64,000 bases of DNA from an uncultured Methanoregulaceae archaeon (GTDB lineage Archaea > Halobacteriota > Methanomicrobia > Methanomicrobiales > Methanospirillaceae). The stretch covers positions 448,001 through 512,000 of the forward strand of contig CAWJAX010000003.1 in assembly GCA_963841015.1 (NCBI GenBank). The letters are read 5' to 3'. Below the pieces are notes generated by a model that saw only the letters and a program-made list of their open reading frames with translations, was not told the origin of the DNA and ran no database searches. The position numbers and the translations under genes were made by a program. Within the stretch, counting starts at the first letter, position 1; each line of letters starts with the position of its first letter. Of the stretch, positions 30,886 through 39,999 are shown piece by piece.

Positions 30886-32121
30886 TCACCCCGCCTCCCA
30901 TTTCTTTCGGATACCCTGTCCTGCTAAAAAACCCGTTGAGAACGCGGCCTGCAGGTTGTATCCACCAGTATCACCATCTATATCCAGCACTTCACCGGCA
31001 AAATAGAGATTCGGTATACTTTTTGATTCCATGGTTTTCAGATTCACGCCGTCAAGCGCAACCCCGCCCCGGGTCACCATCGCAACCGAATAACCGCCAG
31101 GTGCCTCAACGGTCAGCGGGAATTGTGTGCAGCTGGTGATCAGGCATGATCGTTGTTCAGCAGAGAAATGATTGCACTTCAGATCGTCCGGTATCCCCGT
31201 TAACTTCAGAAGTTTCCGGTTAAGGCGTTCCGGGATCGGGTATGCAGCAAGTATGGTACTGATCTGCCAGCTCCGGTGTTCCTCCACACGACTAGTGAGA
31301 TCAGCAGCAAACTCCTCACGCTTCAGGTTTCCCACAAATGAGAGTTGAATGACGTCATCCGGCTGAATGTCCCGCGAAGCATCAAGGATGCCCGGCCCTG
31401 ACAAACCAAGGTGGGTGAACAGGACATCTCCCCTGCGATCTGCTATTTTTTTCCCGGCCCGCCAGATCGAGAACCGCATGCCTTCAAACGAGATACCCGC
31501 GAGTGCTGCAAACGGGTAATTCCTGATAAGCAGGGGAGTGAGGGCGGGTGCAATTGCGGTTACCTGCTGACCCAGGGATGCAGAAATCCGATACCCGTCC
31601 CCGGTCGATCCTGTCTTTGGATAGGATGCTCCACCGGTTGCAATGACAAGAACCGGAGAAAGATAGGTGGTTTTCGGCGTTGTTATCTCAAAACCTTCAT
31701 CAGTCCGATTCACACGGGTTGCCGGCTCGCCACAATGAAAATTGACGCCCCGATCTTTGCATTCTTTTATGAGCAGGGCGAGAACGTCTGCTGACCGGAG
31801 AGTTTCCGGGAACACTTTGCCGTTCTCTTCTGTAATCATAGCAAGCCCGCGAGTGCAGAAGAATTCGATGAGATCCTGGTTGGTGAACCCGAATAAGGCG
31901 GGTTTTACCTGTTTTCCATGATCTCCATAATGAGAAATGAAATCACGGATTTCTCCGCCGTGAGTGATATTGCATTGCCCGGATCCGGAAAGGAGGAGCT
32001 TTGCACCGGGATACGGATTTTTCTCCAGGAGAAGAATACTGTGCCCCGGCATACCAGCATGGAGCGCACAGAACAGCCCGGCAGGGCCTGCACCGATTAC
32101 GACAACGTCATGCTGTTCCAT
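30886..32121 (-). CDS. HI0933/BaiN-family flavoprotein
   Basis: IGAGPAG, SGSGQCNITH, ATGGASYPKTGSTGDG, VTRGGV, GDTGGYNLQAAFSTG. Confidence 0.94.
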   Translation of the reverse strand: MEQHDVVVIGAGPAGLFCALHAGMPGHSILLLEKNPYPGAKLLLSGSGQCNITHGGEIRDFISHYGDHGKQVKPALFGFTNQDLIEFFCTRGLAMITEENGKVFPETLRSADVLALLIKECKDRGVNFHCGEPATRVNRTDEGFEITTPKTTYLSPVLVIATGGASYPKTGSTGDGYRISASLGQQVTAIAPALTPLLIRNYPFAALAGISFEGMRFSIWRAGKKIADRRGDVLFTHLGLSGPGILDASRDIQPDDVIQLSFVGNLKREEFAADLTSRVEEHRSWQISTILAAYPIPERLNRKLLKLTGIPDDLKCNHFSAEQRSCLITSCTQFPLTVEAPGGYSVAMVTRGGVALDGVNLKTMESKSIPNLYFAGEVLDIDGDTGGYNLQAAFSTGFLAGQGIRKKWEAG

Positions 32122-32199
32122 GAGATCACTCTTTAAACTATAATACAGTCAATTTCTCAAGATATATCGTCATTGCATCCCAAGCAAAATGAAAGTGTC

Positions 32200-32442
32200 A
32201 TATCCCAAAATCATTTCACAAAAATATTTGAAAATATGAGCAAGCCCACCCTGTTCGGGGGTTGTTCTGCCTCCTCATCGGGGTTTCGCCGGGCAAGAAT
32301 GTTGTTAAAATCTTTGATTTATAGAGGGGTCAAAGGGGCACATCCCATTGGCTGCCTCCCCCTTTGGGGGAGAGAGGGGGTCACCCTCGCAAATCAGAAA
32401 AATTTTTGGCGTCGGATAGGTTTTTTTTGCAGCAACAGAGTG
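32200..32442. repeat. GC-hairpin cassette with one IS6-like end (possible third MITE type)
   Basis: CTCCCCC-TTT-GGGGGAG and GAGGG-GGTCA-CCCTC hairpins; GCAACAGAGTG end. Confidence 0.4.
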
Positions 32443-32513
32443 AAATAAATTCTGGATATCCCCCAAGTAAAATGAAAGACTATTAATAATAAAATCTGGA
32501 TAAAAAAACATAG

Positions 32514-33638
32514 ATGAACAGGGAAAACGCCGGGGAAGAAAATAACCTTCAGGATATGCTCCGGGAATATCAGGAGAAGTACCGTATCCTGACTGATCTG
32601 ATGCCCCTTGGGGCATTCCGGCTCGGTCCCGCCCCGGATTACCGTGTCCTGACAGCAAACCGGATGTTTCCCCGGATGCTGGGATTTGATTCGGGGGATG
32701 TCATAGAAGGAGTACCATTAAAGGATCTGATGATCGACCCTTCACACTGGCAGCAGATTGAAACTGATCTTATCCGGGATGGATCGGTCACCCAGCGTGA
32801 ACTGCAGCTGAAGCAAAAGGAAGGGTCAGGAATTCTGGTGGCGCTCAATGCCCGGGCTGTGCCCGATTCTGATGCGCCGATTGCATGGATTGATGGTGTG
32901 GCAGAAGACGTGACGGAACGTAAGGTGCTCGAGATGGAGATGCACTATCACGAAGCCGAAGTGAACCGTTACGCTCTTGCACTCACCCGGGCAAATGAAA
33001 AACTGAACCTGCTCTCGAGCATTACCCGTCACGATATCCTGAACCAGCTGACAGCACTTTCCGGGTACCTGGAGTTGATGGATGAAGGTCCCAAAAGCCC
33101 CCAAATCCAGAAATATATTGAGATCGAGAAAAGAATTGCTGAAACAATAAAAAAACAGATCCAGTTCACCAAAGACTATCATGAGATTGGCGTCCAGTCT
33201 CCCCAATGGTATAATGTGAAAAAAACGATTGAGACGGCAACGGCACCTCTTCCCCTTCCCCAGGGGACGCTGGTGATCTCTTTAGAAAATGTCAGTATCT
33301 ATGCAGATCCTCTGCTTGAGAAGGTTTTTTATAATCTTGTCGAGAACGCACTCCGGTATGGCAGGGAACCCATAAGGATTACCTTCTCCTCATGCCAGCA
33401 CGGAGACAATATTTCTATTGTCTGTGAAGATAACGGTCAGGGGGTTCCTGATGAATTCAAAGAGGCGATCTTCAGACGACAATACTTCAAACATACCGGT
33501 TTCGGGCTCTTTCTTTCCCGGGAGATACTGGGAATCACCGGCCTCTCGATTCGCGAGAGCGGTGAACCGGGCAAAGGAGCACGGTTTGAGATCACGGTAC
33601 CTCAGGGATATTTCCACATCGAAAATCAGACCGGATAA
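32514..33638 (+). CDS. PAS sensor histidine kinase
   Basis: PAS; H-box ITRHDILNQL; NLVENALRYG; EDNGQG; TGFGLFL. Confidence 0.93.
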   Translation: MNRENAGEENNLQDMLREYQEKYRILTDLMPLGAFRLGPAPDYRVLTANRMFPRMLGFDSGDVIEGVPLKDLMIDPSHWQQIETDLIRDGSVTQRELQLKQKEGSGILVALNARAVPDSDAPIAWIDGVAEDVTERKVLEMEMHYHEAEVNRYALALTRANEKLNLLSSITRHDILNQLTALSGYLELMDEGPKSPQIQKYIEIEKRIAETIKKQIQFTKDYHEIGVQSPQWYNVKKTIETATAPLPLPQGTLVISLENVSIYADPLLEKVFYNLVENALRYGREPIRITFSSCQHGDNISIVCEDNGQGVPDEFKEAIFRRQYFKHTGFGLFLSREILGITGLSIRESGEPGKGARFEITVPQGYFHIENQTG

Positions 33639-33728
33639 ATACAGGTACTGTAACCCATTTCTTTGAATTCTCACACTTTTTTTTGTGCAATACCCTTAAC
33701 CTGTACCAGCACCAACCCCGGAGTACTC

Positions 33729-35105
33729 ATGGTCACTGAACGCGAAAAGAAGGTCATCCTCCTTGTCGCATGCCTTGCATCATTTCTCGTTCCCTATACC
33801 GGCTCATCCATCACCGTTGCACTGCCAGCTATCGCAGCGGAGTTCAACGCGGACGCGGTAACGCTGGGCTGGATTACCTCTGCATATATTGTTTCTGCCG
33901 CACTTTTTATTGTCCCGTTTGGGCGTCTTGCTGATATTATCGGGCGTAAAAAGATCTTTGTACTGGGTGTCCTGATCTTTACGGTCGCATCCCTTGCATC
34001 TGCGCTCGCACCCGCAGCAGGAATCCTGATTGCCGCAAGATTCGTCCAGGGAATCGGGGGTGCAATGATCTTTGCCACATCAGTTGCGATGGTGACACAG
34101 GTCTACGGGCCCGGCGAACGCGGCTGGGCGCTGGGGATGACTATCGCGACGGTGTATGCCGGACTCTCATTAGGGCCGTTCCTCGGCGGTATTCTTACGG
34201 ATCATTTCGGGTGGCCGTCAATCTTCCTGATTAACGTACCGCTCGGGCTAGCAACAATCGCCCTTACGCTGAAGGGTGTTCCGCATGAATGGGCTGATGC
34301 ATCCGGTGAACGTTTTGACCTGTATGGATCGGTTGTGTACGGGATCATGCTGTTTTGCGTAATTTTTGGCATGCTCCTGCTTCCCGATCCTGTTACACTA
34401 CTTTGGATTTTTGCGGGAGGATGCGCTTTTGCCATTTTTATCTGGTGGGAAAAACGCTGCACCAGTCCCCTGCTAAATCTTTCCATCTTTTCAAAAAACC
34501 GTACCTTCCTCTTTTCCAACATTGCGGCGATGATCAATTACGGTGCTACCTTTGCTGTGGCAGTACTGCTGTCGCTCTACCTTCAGTACATCCGGGGATA
34601 TTCAGCAGAAACAGCAGGGTTCATTCTTGTTGCCCAGCCGGTTGTGCAGATGATCTTCTCGCCCCTTGCCGGAAGATTATCAGACAGGGTTGAGCCTCAG
34701 ATCGTTGCAACCACAGGTATGGCCATTACAGCGCTGGGGCTCTCATTTTTTATCTTTTTAACACCGGTTACACCACTCTATCAGATCATCATCAGTCTGA
34801 TGGTTCTTGGTTTTGGGTATGCACTCTTCTCCTCACCGAATACCAATGCAATCATGAGTTCGGTCAATATCCGCCATCTCGGGATCGCATCCAGTATGAA
34901 CGCAACCATGCGATCGCTCGGGCAGGTACTCTCTATGGCAATCGCTATGTTCTGTTTCTCGGTTTTTATCGGGAGCGTCGCAATCACTCCGCCAGTCTAT
35001 CCCGCACTTCTTACCAGCATAACTGTTGCATTCCTGATCTTCACGTGCCTCTGCATCGCAGGGGTAGGGATATCGTATGTACGGGATACCATCCATAATT
35101 CATAA
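33729..35105 (+). CDS. MFS transporter, DHA2/EmrB type
   Basis: GRLADIIGRKK, ARFVQGIGGA, GPFLGG, FLINVPLG; many TM helices. Confidence 0.92.
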   Translation: MVTEREKKVILLVACLASFLVPYTGSSITVALPAIAAEFNADAVTLGWITSAYIVSAALFIVPFGRLADIIGRKKIFVLGVLIFTVASLASALAPAAGILIAARFVQGIGGAMIFATSVAMVTQVYGPGERGWALGMTIATVYAGLSLGPFLGGILTDHFGWPSIFLINVPLGLATIALTLKGVPHEWADASGERFDLYGSVVYGIMLFCVIFGMLLLPDPVTLLWIFAGGCAFAIFIWWEKRCTSPLLNLSIFSKNRTFLFSNIAAMINYGATFAVAVLLSLYLQYIRGYSAETAGFILVAQPVVQMIFSPLAGRLSDRVEPQIVATTGMAITALGLSFFIFLTPVTPLYQIIISLMVLGFGYALFSSPNTNAIMSSVNIRHLGIASSMNATMRSLGQVLSMAIAMFCFSVFIGSVAITPPVYPALLTSITVAFLIFTCLCIAGVGISYVRDTIHNS

Positions 35106-35174
35106 ATCCGCCCAATTATATTACGCCCGGCGAGTGCTGTTCATGATAATTAAAAAGAAGAGGGCGCAGGATTC

Positions 35175-35456
35175 TTACGCGTGACGGCCTTTTGCCTTTT
35201 TTCGCAGGGCTTCAGTATAATGATGGCGCAGTTCCGCAGTTTCTTCGGGGCTGAAATCGGGTTTCTTCGTTGTATGAAGATGTTTTTCCATCTGTTTTAC
35301 GATATGTTCTGCTTCAAGATAATGTTCAACTTCCAGGTAAGCCGGCGCTTTGACAACCTCGTGTGCGTGTCCGCAGACAGGGCAGAGCTTCCATTTCTGG
35401 AAACGATCCACGTACGTGAAAGTCCTGCAGGACGGGCACCGGATAATGAGGTACAT
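35175..35456 (-). CDS. DUF1922-like Zn-ribbon protein
   Basis: YLIIRCPSC..TY.....K.CPVCG. Confidence 0.75.
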   Translation of the reverse strand: MYLIIRCPSCRTFTYVDRFQKWKLCPVCGHAHEVVKAPAYLEVEHYLEAEHIVKQMEKHLHTTKKPDFSPEETAELRHHYTEALRKKAKGRHA

Positions 35457-35529
35457 TACAAGGAGGTGATGCGTGTTATCCTGATAAAAATATATCGGCT
35501 GATTGTTATAATTACGGTTCTGGAAATTC

Positions 35530-35767
35530 GGCTCTGTTGAATTCCTTTTCCCTTGATATGAAATTCAGGATGCGGGTACGAATGATGGAGGGGACATGAG
35601 CCTGTCCCCCCATGCCACCCCTGCGCTGAGCGATGATGACGTAGCAGCTGTCCGGGAGTTATCGCAGAGGGGGAGCCACAGGCCCTGATGCAGAGATCCA
35701 TCGAATATAATACGATTTTCATGATGCGAGGGGGGACCTGCAGGTTCATACCCGTTTCTCCAGAACC
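35530..35767 (-). mobile_element. MITE family 1, copy lacking the central ~200 bp
   Basis: GGCTCTGTTGAA...TTCTCCAGAACC ends; module B joined directly to the start of module A at GAGCCACA/GGCCCTGA; no TSD seen. Confidence 0.75.
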
Positions 35768-35880
35768 TGATGTCATGATGAGGTAATGTACCCGCGAAAA
35801 GATCGGAAGGTGAAGATCTTCAAATGAGGGATGCGTACCGAAACTCCTTTATTATCAGATCGTCTCATAGAACTGTTACT

Positions 35881-36633
35881 ATGGAGCAGATTCAGGTCAT
35901 GGGTGTGCAGGGGCTTCCCCTCATTCATGCAGGTGACGATATTGCAGCGATGATTTGTGAACGGTTACCGCTGCAGGATGGCGATATTCTCTGCATTGCC
36001 TCAACGATATACTCAAAATCAAAAGGGTACACACAACCTCTCGCAACCATCACCCCGTCAGAACGGGCACAACGGCTCGCGAACCTGAACGGTGAGGACC
36101 CCCGGTTTGTCCAGGCAGTGCTTGACGCATCGTCAGATATTATCATGGAACACCCGTTCATCCTCTCTGAACTTTCCTTCGGCCATATTGGAGTCCGGGC
36201 GGGCGTCGACCAGAGCAATATCGAGGATGGGATGGTGATCTTCCTCCCACCGGACCCGATGAACGCCGCACAGGAACTACGGGATCAATTAAGAAACCGG
36301 GTTTCCCGGGATGTGGGTGTTATCATTACCGATACCTGCGGAAGATCATTCCGGCGAGGGCAGACCGGCAATGCAATAGGGTGGAGCGGGTTTACCGCGA
36401 TACGGGACTTCCGCGGGGATACCGATCTGTTCGGACATGTCCTCAAGATAACTGAAGAAGCAGTAGTGGATGAGATTGCCGGCTTTGCAAACTTCGTCAT
36501 GGGCGAGAGCAATAATGGTGTCCCTGCAGTTGTCTTTCGCAACTGCCCGAAATGGTCAGGTCATGACAATCTCTATTTCCGGAATGAGGAGGACATTACA
36601 AAACGTGTGCTGAAAAAAGAATGGTGCCATTAA
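35881..36633 (+). CDS. cofE: Coenzyme F420-0:L-glutamate ligase
   Basis: LPLIHAGDD, SKSKG, AGVDQSN, GVIITDTCGRSFRRGQ, DEIAG..VMGE. Confidence 0.94.
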   Translation: MEQIQVMGVQGLPLIHAGDDIAAMICERLPLQDGDILCIASTIYSKSKGYTQPLATITPSERAQRLANLNGEDPRFVQAVLDASSDIIMEHPFILSELSFGHIGVRAGVDQSNIEDGMVIFLPPDPMNAAQELRDQLRNRVSRDVGVIITDTCGRSFRRGQTGNAIGWSGFTAIRDFRGDTDLFGHVLKITEEAVVDEIAGFANFVMGESNNGVPAVVFRNCPKWSGHDNLYFRNEEDITKRVLKKEWCH

Positions 36634-36667
36634 TGTATGGAAAAAAAATACGGTAAAATAAAGGGAG

Positions 36668-36838
36668 TTATAATTTCGTTGCGAACATCATATCCAGGAT
36701 CAAAATGATAATCCCGACCGCTGCTGCGACTGCCATCACGGTTATAGGACTGATATGAATAGCCCGCCGGTCTTCACTCTCGTAATAGTTGACGAGACCG
36801 GCTGAGGAGAGTAATCTGCCACCTTGTTTCTTTGCCAT
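36668..36838 (-). CDS. secG: Preprotein translocase subunit Sec61beta (56 aa; not in ORF track)
   Basis: MAKKQGGRLLSSAGLVNYYESEDRRAIHISP + single TM, translated by hand. Confidence 0.9.
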   Translation of the reverse strand: MAKKQGGRLLSSAGLVNYYESEDRRAIHISPITVMAVAAAVGIIILILDMMFATKL

Positions 36839-36883
36839 GCAAATATATTTCGTTTTTCAATATATAAAGGAGAGTAACGGCGT

Positions 36884-37924
36884 ATGAAAAACATCCCGCA
36901 CATGGTTTCCGGACAAGCATTCATCGGGGAGGATCTTGTACTCAGGCCGGTCGATATTGTTATTGAGCGCGGTCTCATTACGGCAATCGAAGAAAACCCA
37001 AAGGCACCCGGGATATGGATCTGCCCGGCATTTTTTAATGCACATACGCATCTTGGGGATACCATTGCAATGGACTGCGGGGTAAACGGAGATCTCGTGT
37101 CCATGGTCACTCCACCTGATGGACTGAAACACCGCCTGCTGGCTGCCGCTTCTCATCAGGATCTGGTCACAGGGATGCGTTCAAGCATTCTTGGGATGAT
37201 AGCCGGGGGTACAGCCGGGTGTGCAGATTTCCGTGAATGCGGGGTTACCGGTGTTTCAGAACTCAGAGAAGCAGCAGAGGGGTTGGCATTCCGGCCGCTC
37301 ATATTCGGACGTGACGGGGGTGAGGCAGTTGCTGACGGACTGGGGATCAGCAGCACACGTGATATCCAGGATGCCGATTCACGGGTAGCAGAAGCACGAC
37401 GTGCAGGGAAAAAAATTGCCCTGCATGCCGGTGAACGGGATGCTGCGGATGTGGATGAGGCGCTGGCTCTCGACCCGGATCTTCTCATTCACTGCACCCA
37501 TGCAACAAAAAAACAACTCCGCGAATGTGCAGACAGACAGATTCCGATTGCAGTCTGTCCCCGGTCCAACTGGGCACTCGGGGTTACTTCATCACCTCAT
37601 CACCCTCCCCTGCAGATTATGCAGGATCTGGGGTGCATAATTGCTCTGGGTACTGACAATGTGATGTTTGTGCCTCCGGATATGTTATCTGAGATGGCTT
37701 TTACTTCCACGGTGTACCGGATTGATCCAAAAATCCTGCTGCATGCTGCAGTTTGCGGATCTGAGCTGACCGGGACCTCATTTTTTATCAGGACAGGCGT
37801 GAGGGCAAACCTTTTCACTCTGGATCCGGCACAATCCTCTCTTCATTTCAGCCGCGATCCGGTTACATCTATCATAAAAAGGGCTCCTTATTGCAAAATA
37901 AGCCATAACGTTTTTAATTTGTAA
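36884..37924 (+). CDS. Amidohydrolase-family metal-dependent deaminase
   Basis: FNAHTHLGD, ALHAGE, HCTHA, VCPRSN, LGTDN. Confidence 0.88.
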   Translation: MKNIPHMVSGQAFIGEDLVLRPVDIVIERGLITAIEENPKAPGIWICPAFFNAHTHLGDTIAMDCGVNGDLVSMVTPPDGLKHRLLAAASHQDLVTGMRSSILGMIAGGTAGCADFRECGVTGVSELREAAEGLAFRPLIFGRDGGEAVADGLGISSTRDIQDADSRVAEARRAGKKIALHAGERDAADVDEALALDPDLLIHCTHATKKQLRECADRQIPIAVCPRSNWALGVTSSPHHPPLQIMQDLGCIIALGTDNVMFVPPDMLSEMAFTSTVYRIDPKILLHAAVCGSELTGTSFFIRTGVRANLFTLDPAQSSLHFSRDPVTSIIKRAPYCKISHNVFNL

Positions 37925-37956
37925 ATCCAATAAAAGAGCCATGTTTGTTGTGGGTG

Positions 37957-38391
37957 ATGCCAGTGTTTACTAACATACTTGTCGCACTTGATGGATCGGA
38001 GGTAAGCCAGCGCGCGCTTATTCGGGCCGCTGAAGAGGCGAAATTATGGAATGCAAATCTCCATGTCATATATGTAGTAGAGACCGGACTCTTCTCTTCC
38101 CTCCCCCTGGATAATACTGTTGAAATCATGTACAGCGTCCTCGAAAAAGAGGGCAACGAGGTTTTAGAGAGAGCAAAAAAGTACGGTGCTGACAAGGGTA
38201 TCGCAGTTACCACTCACATGGAACAGGGACATGCCGGAAGCGAGATTGTTGCTCTTGCAGAACGGGAAAAGATCGACCTCATTATGGTCGGTTCTCATGG
38301 CAAGAGTAATTCCGATCGCCTCCTTATTGGCAGTGTCAGCACATTCGTAATCACCCACAGCCCAGTATCGACCATGGTGGTGAGATCATAA
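37957..38391 (+). CDS. Universal stress protein
   Basis: FTNILVALDGS, DLIMVGSHGKS..DRLLIGSVS. Confidence 0.92.
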   Translation: MPVFTNILVALDGSEVSQRALIRAAEEAKLWNANLHVIYVVETGLFSSLPLDNTVEIMYSVLEKEGNEVLERAKKYGADKGIAVTTHMEQGHAGSEIVALAEREKIDLIMVGSHGKSNSDRLLIGSVSTFVITHSPVSTMVVRS

Positions 38392-38396
38392 CAGAG

Positions 38397-39245
38397 ATGG
38401 TTGTCAAAGACTACATGACATCTGACGTAGTTCACGTCGAAATCCCGGGAAACCGTGACGATGTCTTAAAAATACTCAAGCGAACAGGAATCTCCGGTGT
38501 ACCCGTAATCAAGAACAATAAGATCGTTGGCATCATCACGCGAAAGGATCTGTTGAGAAAACCCGAAGAAGTCCAGCTCGGGCTCCTGATGACGCCCAAA
38601 CCCATCACCATTAAACCGGATACCGATATCCGTGAGGCCGCCCGCATCCTGATCACCCGCCGCATCCGCAGGCTCCCGGTTGTGGAAGATGGTCATCTGG
38701 TCGGGCTCCTCTCTGTTGCAGATCTTATGCAGGCAATCGCCAAGCTCAAGATAAAAGACGAGATCAAGGATAAGTATACCAGCCTGACATTTGCGCTCTG
38801 GGAAGAGACGCCCCTCCCGGTTGTCGGGAGAGTTATGGAAATATCCGGTGTCGATGCAATCCCCATTCTTGATGCCGAAAACCGGCTGCAGGGAATCATA
38901 TCCGAGCGGGACCTCATCCGAAATTCAAGTATTGAAGATAGTGTCGGCGTAAGTGATTTCTCCAATGGCACTGATGACGATGAATGGACCTGGGAAAGTA
39001 TCCGGGACAACCACACCATAAGCTTCGGAATATCAAAAGTCCAGCTCCCGAACCGCCCGGTCAAACTTGCCATGGTAAAAAATGTCCTCTCTGTTCCGGT
39101 AAATGCTGAAGTCAGTGAGTGCGCTCTCAAAATGCGCCGTGCACGGGTGGACCAGATTCCGGTGGTAAACGGCGATAAACGTCTCGTTGCAATGCTCTAT
39201 GACCGGGAACTTATCCGGGCTCTCTGCCAGGATCCGGTTGAATAA
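38397..39245 (+). CDS. Four-CBS-domain protein
   Basis: VKDYMT, ISGVPV..IVGIIT, IRRLPVV, four CBS repeats. Confidence 0.92.
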   Translation: MVVKDYMTSDVVHVEIPGNRDDVLKILKRTGISGVPVIKNNKIVGIITRKDLLRKPEEVQLGLLMTPKPITIKPDTDIREAARILITRRIRRLPVVEDGHLVGLLSVADLMQAIAKLKIKDEIKDKYTSLTFALWEETPLPVVGRVMEISGVDAIPILDAENRLQGIISERDLIRNSSIEDSVGVSDFSNGTDDDEWTWESIRDNHTISFGISKVQLPNRPVKLAMVKNVLSVPVNAEVSECALKMRRARVDQIPVVNGDKRLVAMLYDRELIRALCQDPVE

Positions 39246-39331
39246 AAACCTTTAAATTTCTCCATATCATTTAATAGCACAAGGCGCTTTTAAAGAATAT
39301 TTTGGCGTTTATTTGTTTTTGAGGTGTCAAT

Positions 39332-39973
39332 ATGCCTGAACAGTACCAGGAGTCCATGAAAGGGACGACAACTATTGGTCTCGTTTTTTCCAAGGGAGTG
39401 ATTCTCGCGACCGAGAAAAGGGCGACCATGGGCTACATGATCGCAAGCAAGAAAGCAAAAAAAGTATACCAGGTTGCCGACCGGATCGGTATGACAACAG
39501 CAGGCGGTGTCGGGGATGCCCAGCAGCTTGCCCGTATCCTGACCGTGGAGTGCAATCTCTACCAGATCCGCAGGTCACGACCGATTACGGTCGGAGCCAC
39601 GGCAACACTGCTCTCAAATTACCTGAACCAGAACCGGTATTTCCCGTATTATGTCCAGCTTCTTGTGGGTGGAATTGATGAGACCGGGCCGAGCGTTTAC
39701 TCAGTTGATGCAATGGGCGGCGCGACAAAGGAAGAAGAGATCGTTGCTACCGGATCAGGTTCTCCGATGGCGTATGGTGTACTTGAGGACCGGTTCCTCC
39801 CCAAAATGAGTGAAGATGAGGCAATAGACCTTGCAGTCCGGGGACTGAAATCTGCAATGAAGCGCGATGCAGGATCCGGTGAAGGTATCCACGTCGTGGT
39901 AATTACAAAAGACAAGTATGAGGAGTTAAGTGAGGATAAGCTCAAAAAGTATCTTGCCAAATCTCCCGCATGA
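39332..39973 (+). CDS. psmB: Proteasome beta subunit
   Basis: Propeptide ..KG/TTTIG, GGVGDAQ, TGSGSP, RDAGSG; GAGGTG RBS. Confidence 0.97.
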   Translation: MPEQYQESMKGTTTIGLVFSKGVILATEKRATMGYMIASKKAKKVYQVADRIGMTTAGGVGDAQQLARILTVECNLYQIRRSRPITVGATATLLSNYLNQNRYFPYYVQLLVGGIDETGPSVYSVDAMGGATKEEEIVATGSGSPMAYGVLEDRFLPKMSEDEAIDLAVRGLKSAMKRDAGSGEGIHVVVITKDKYEELSEDKLKKYLAKSPA

Positions 39974-39999
39974 TCTTTTTTTATTAGGATGACTTTTTT

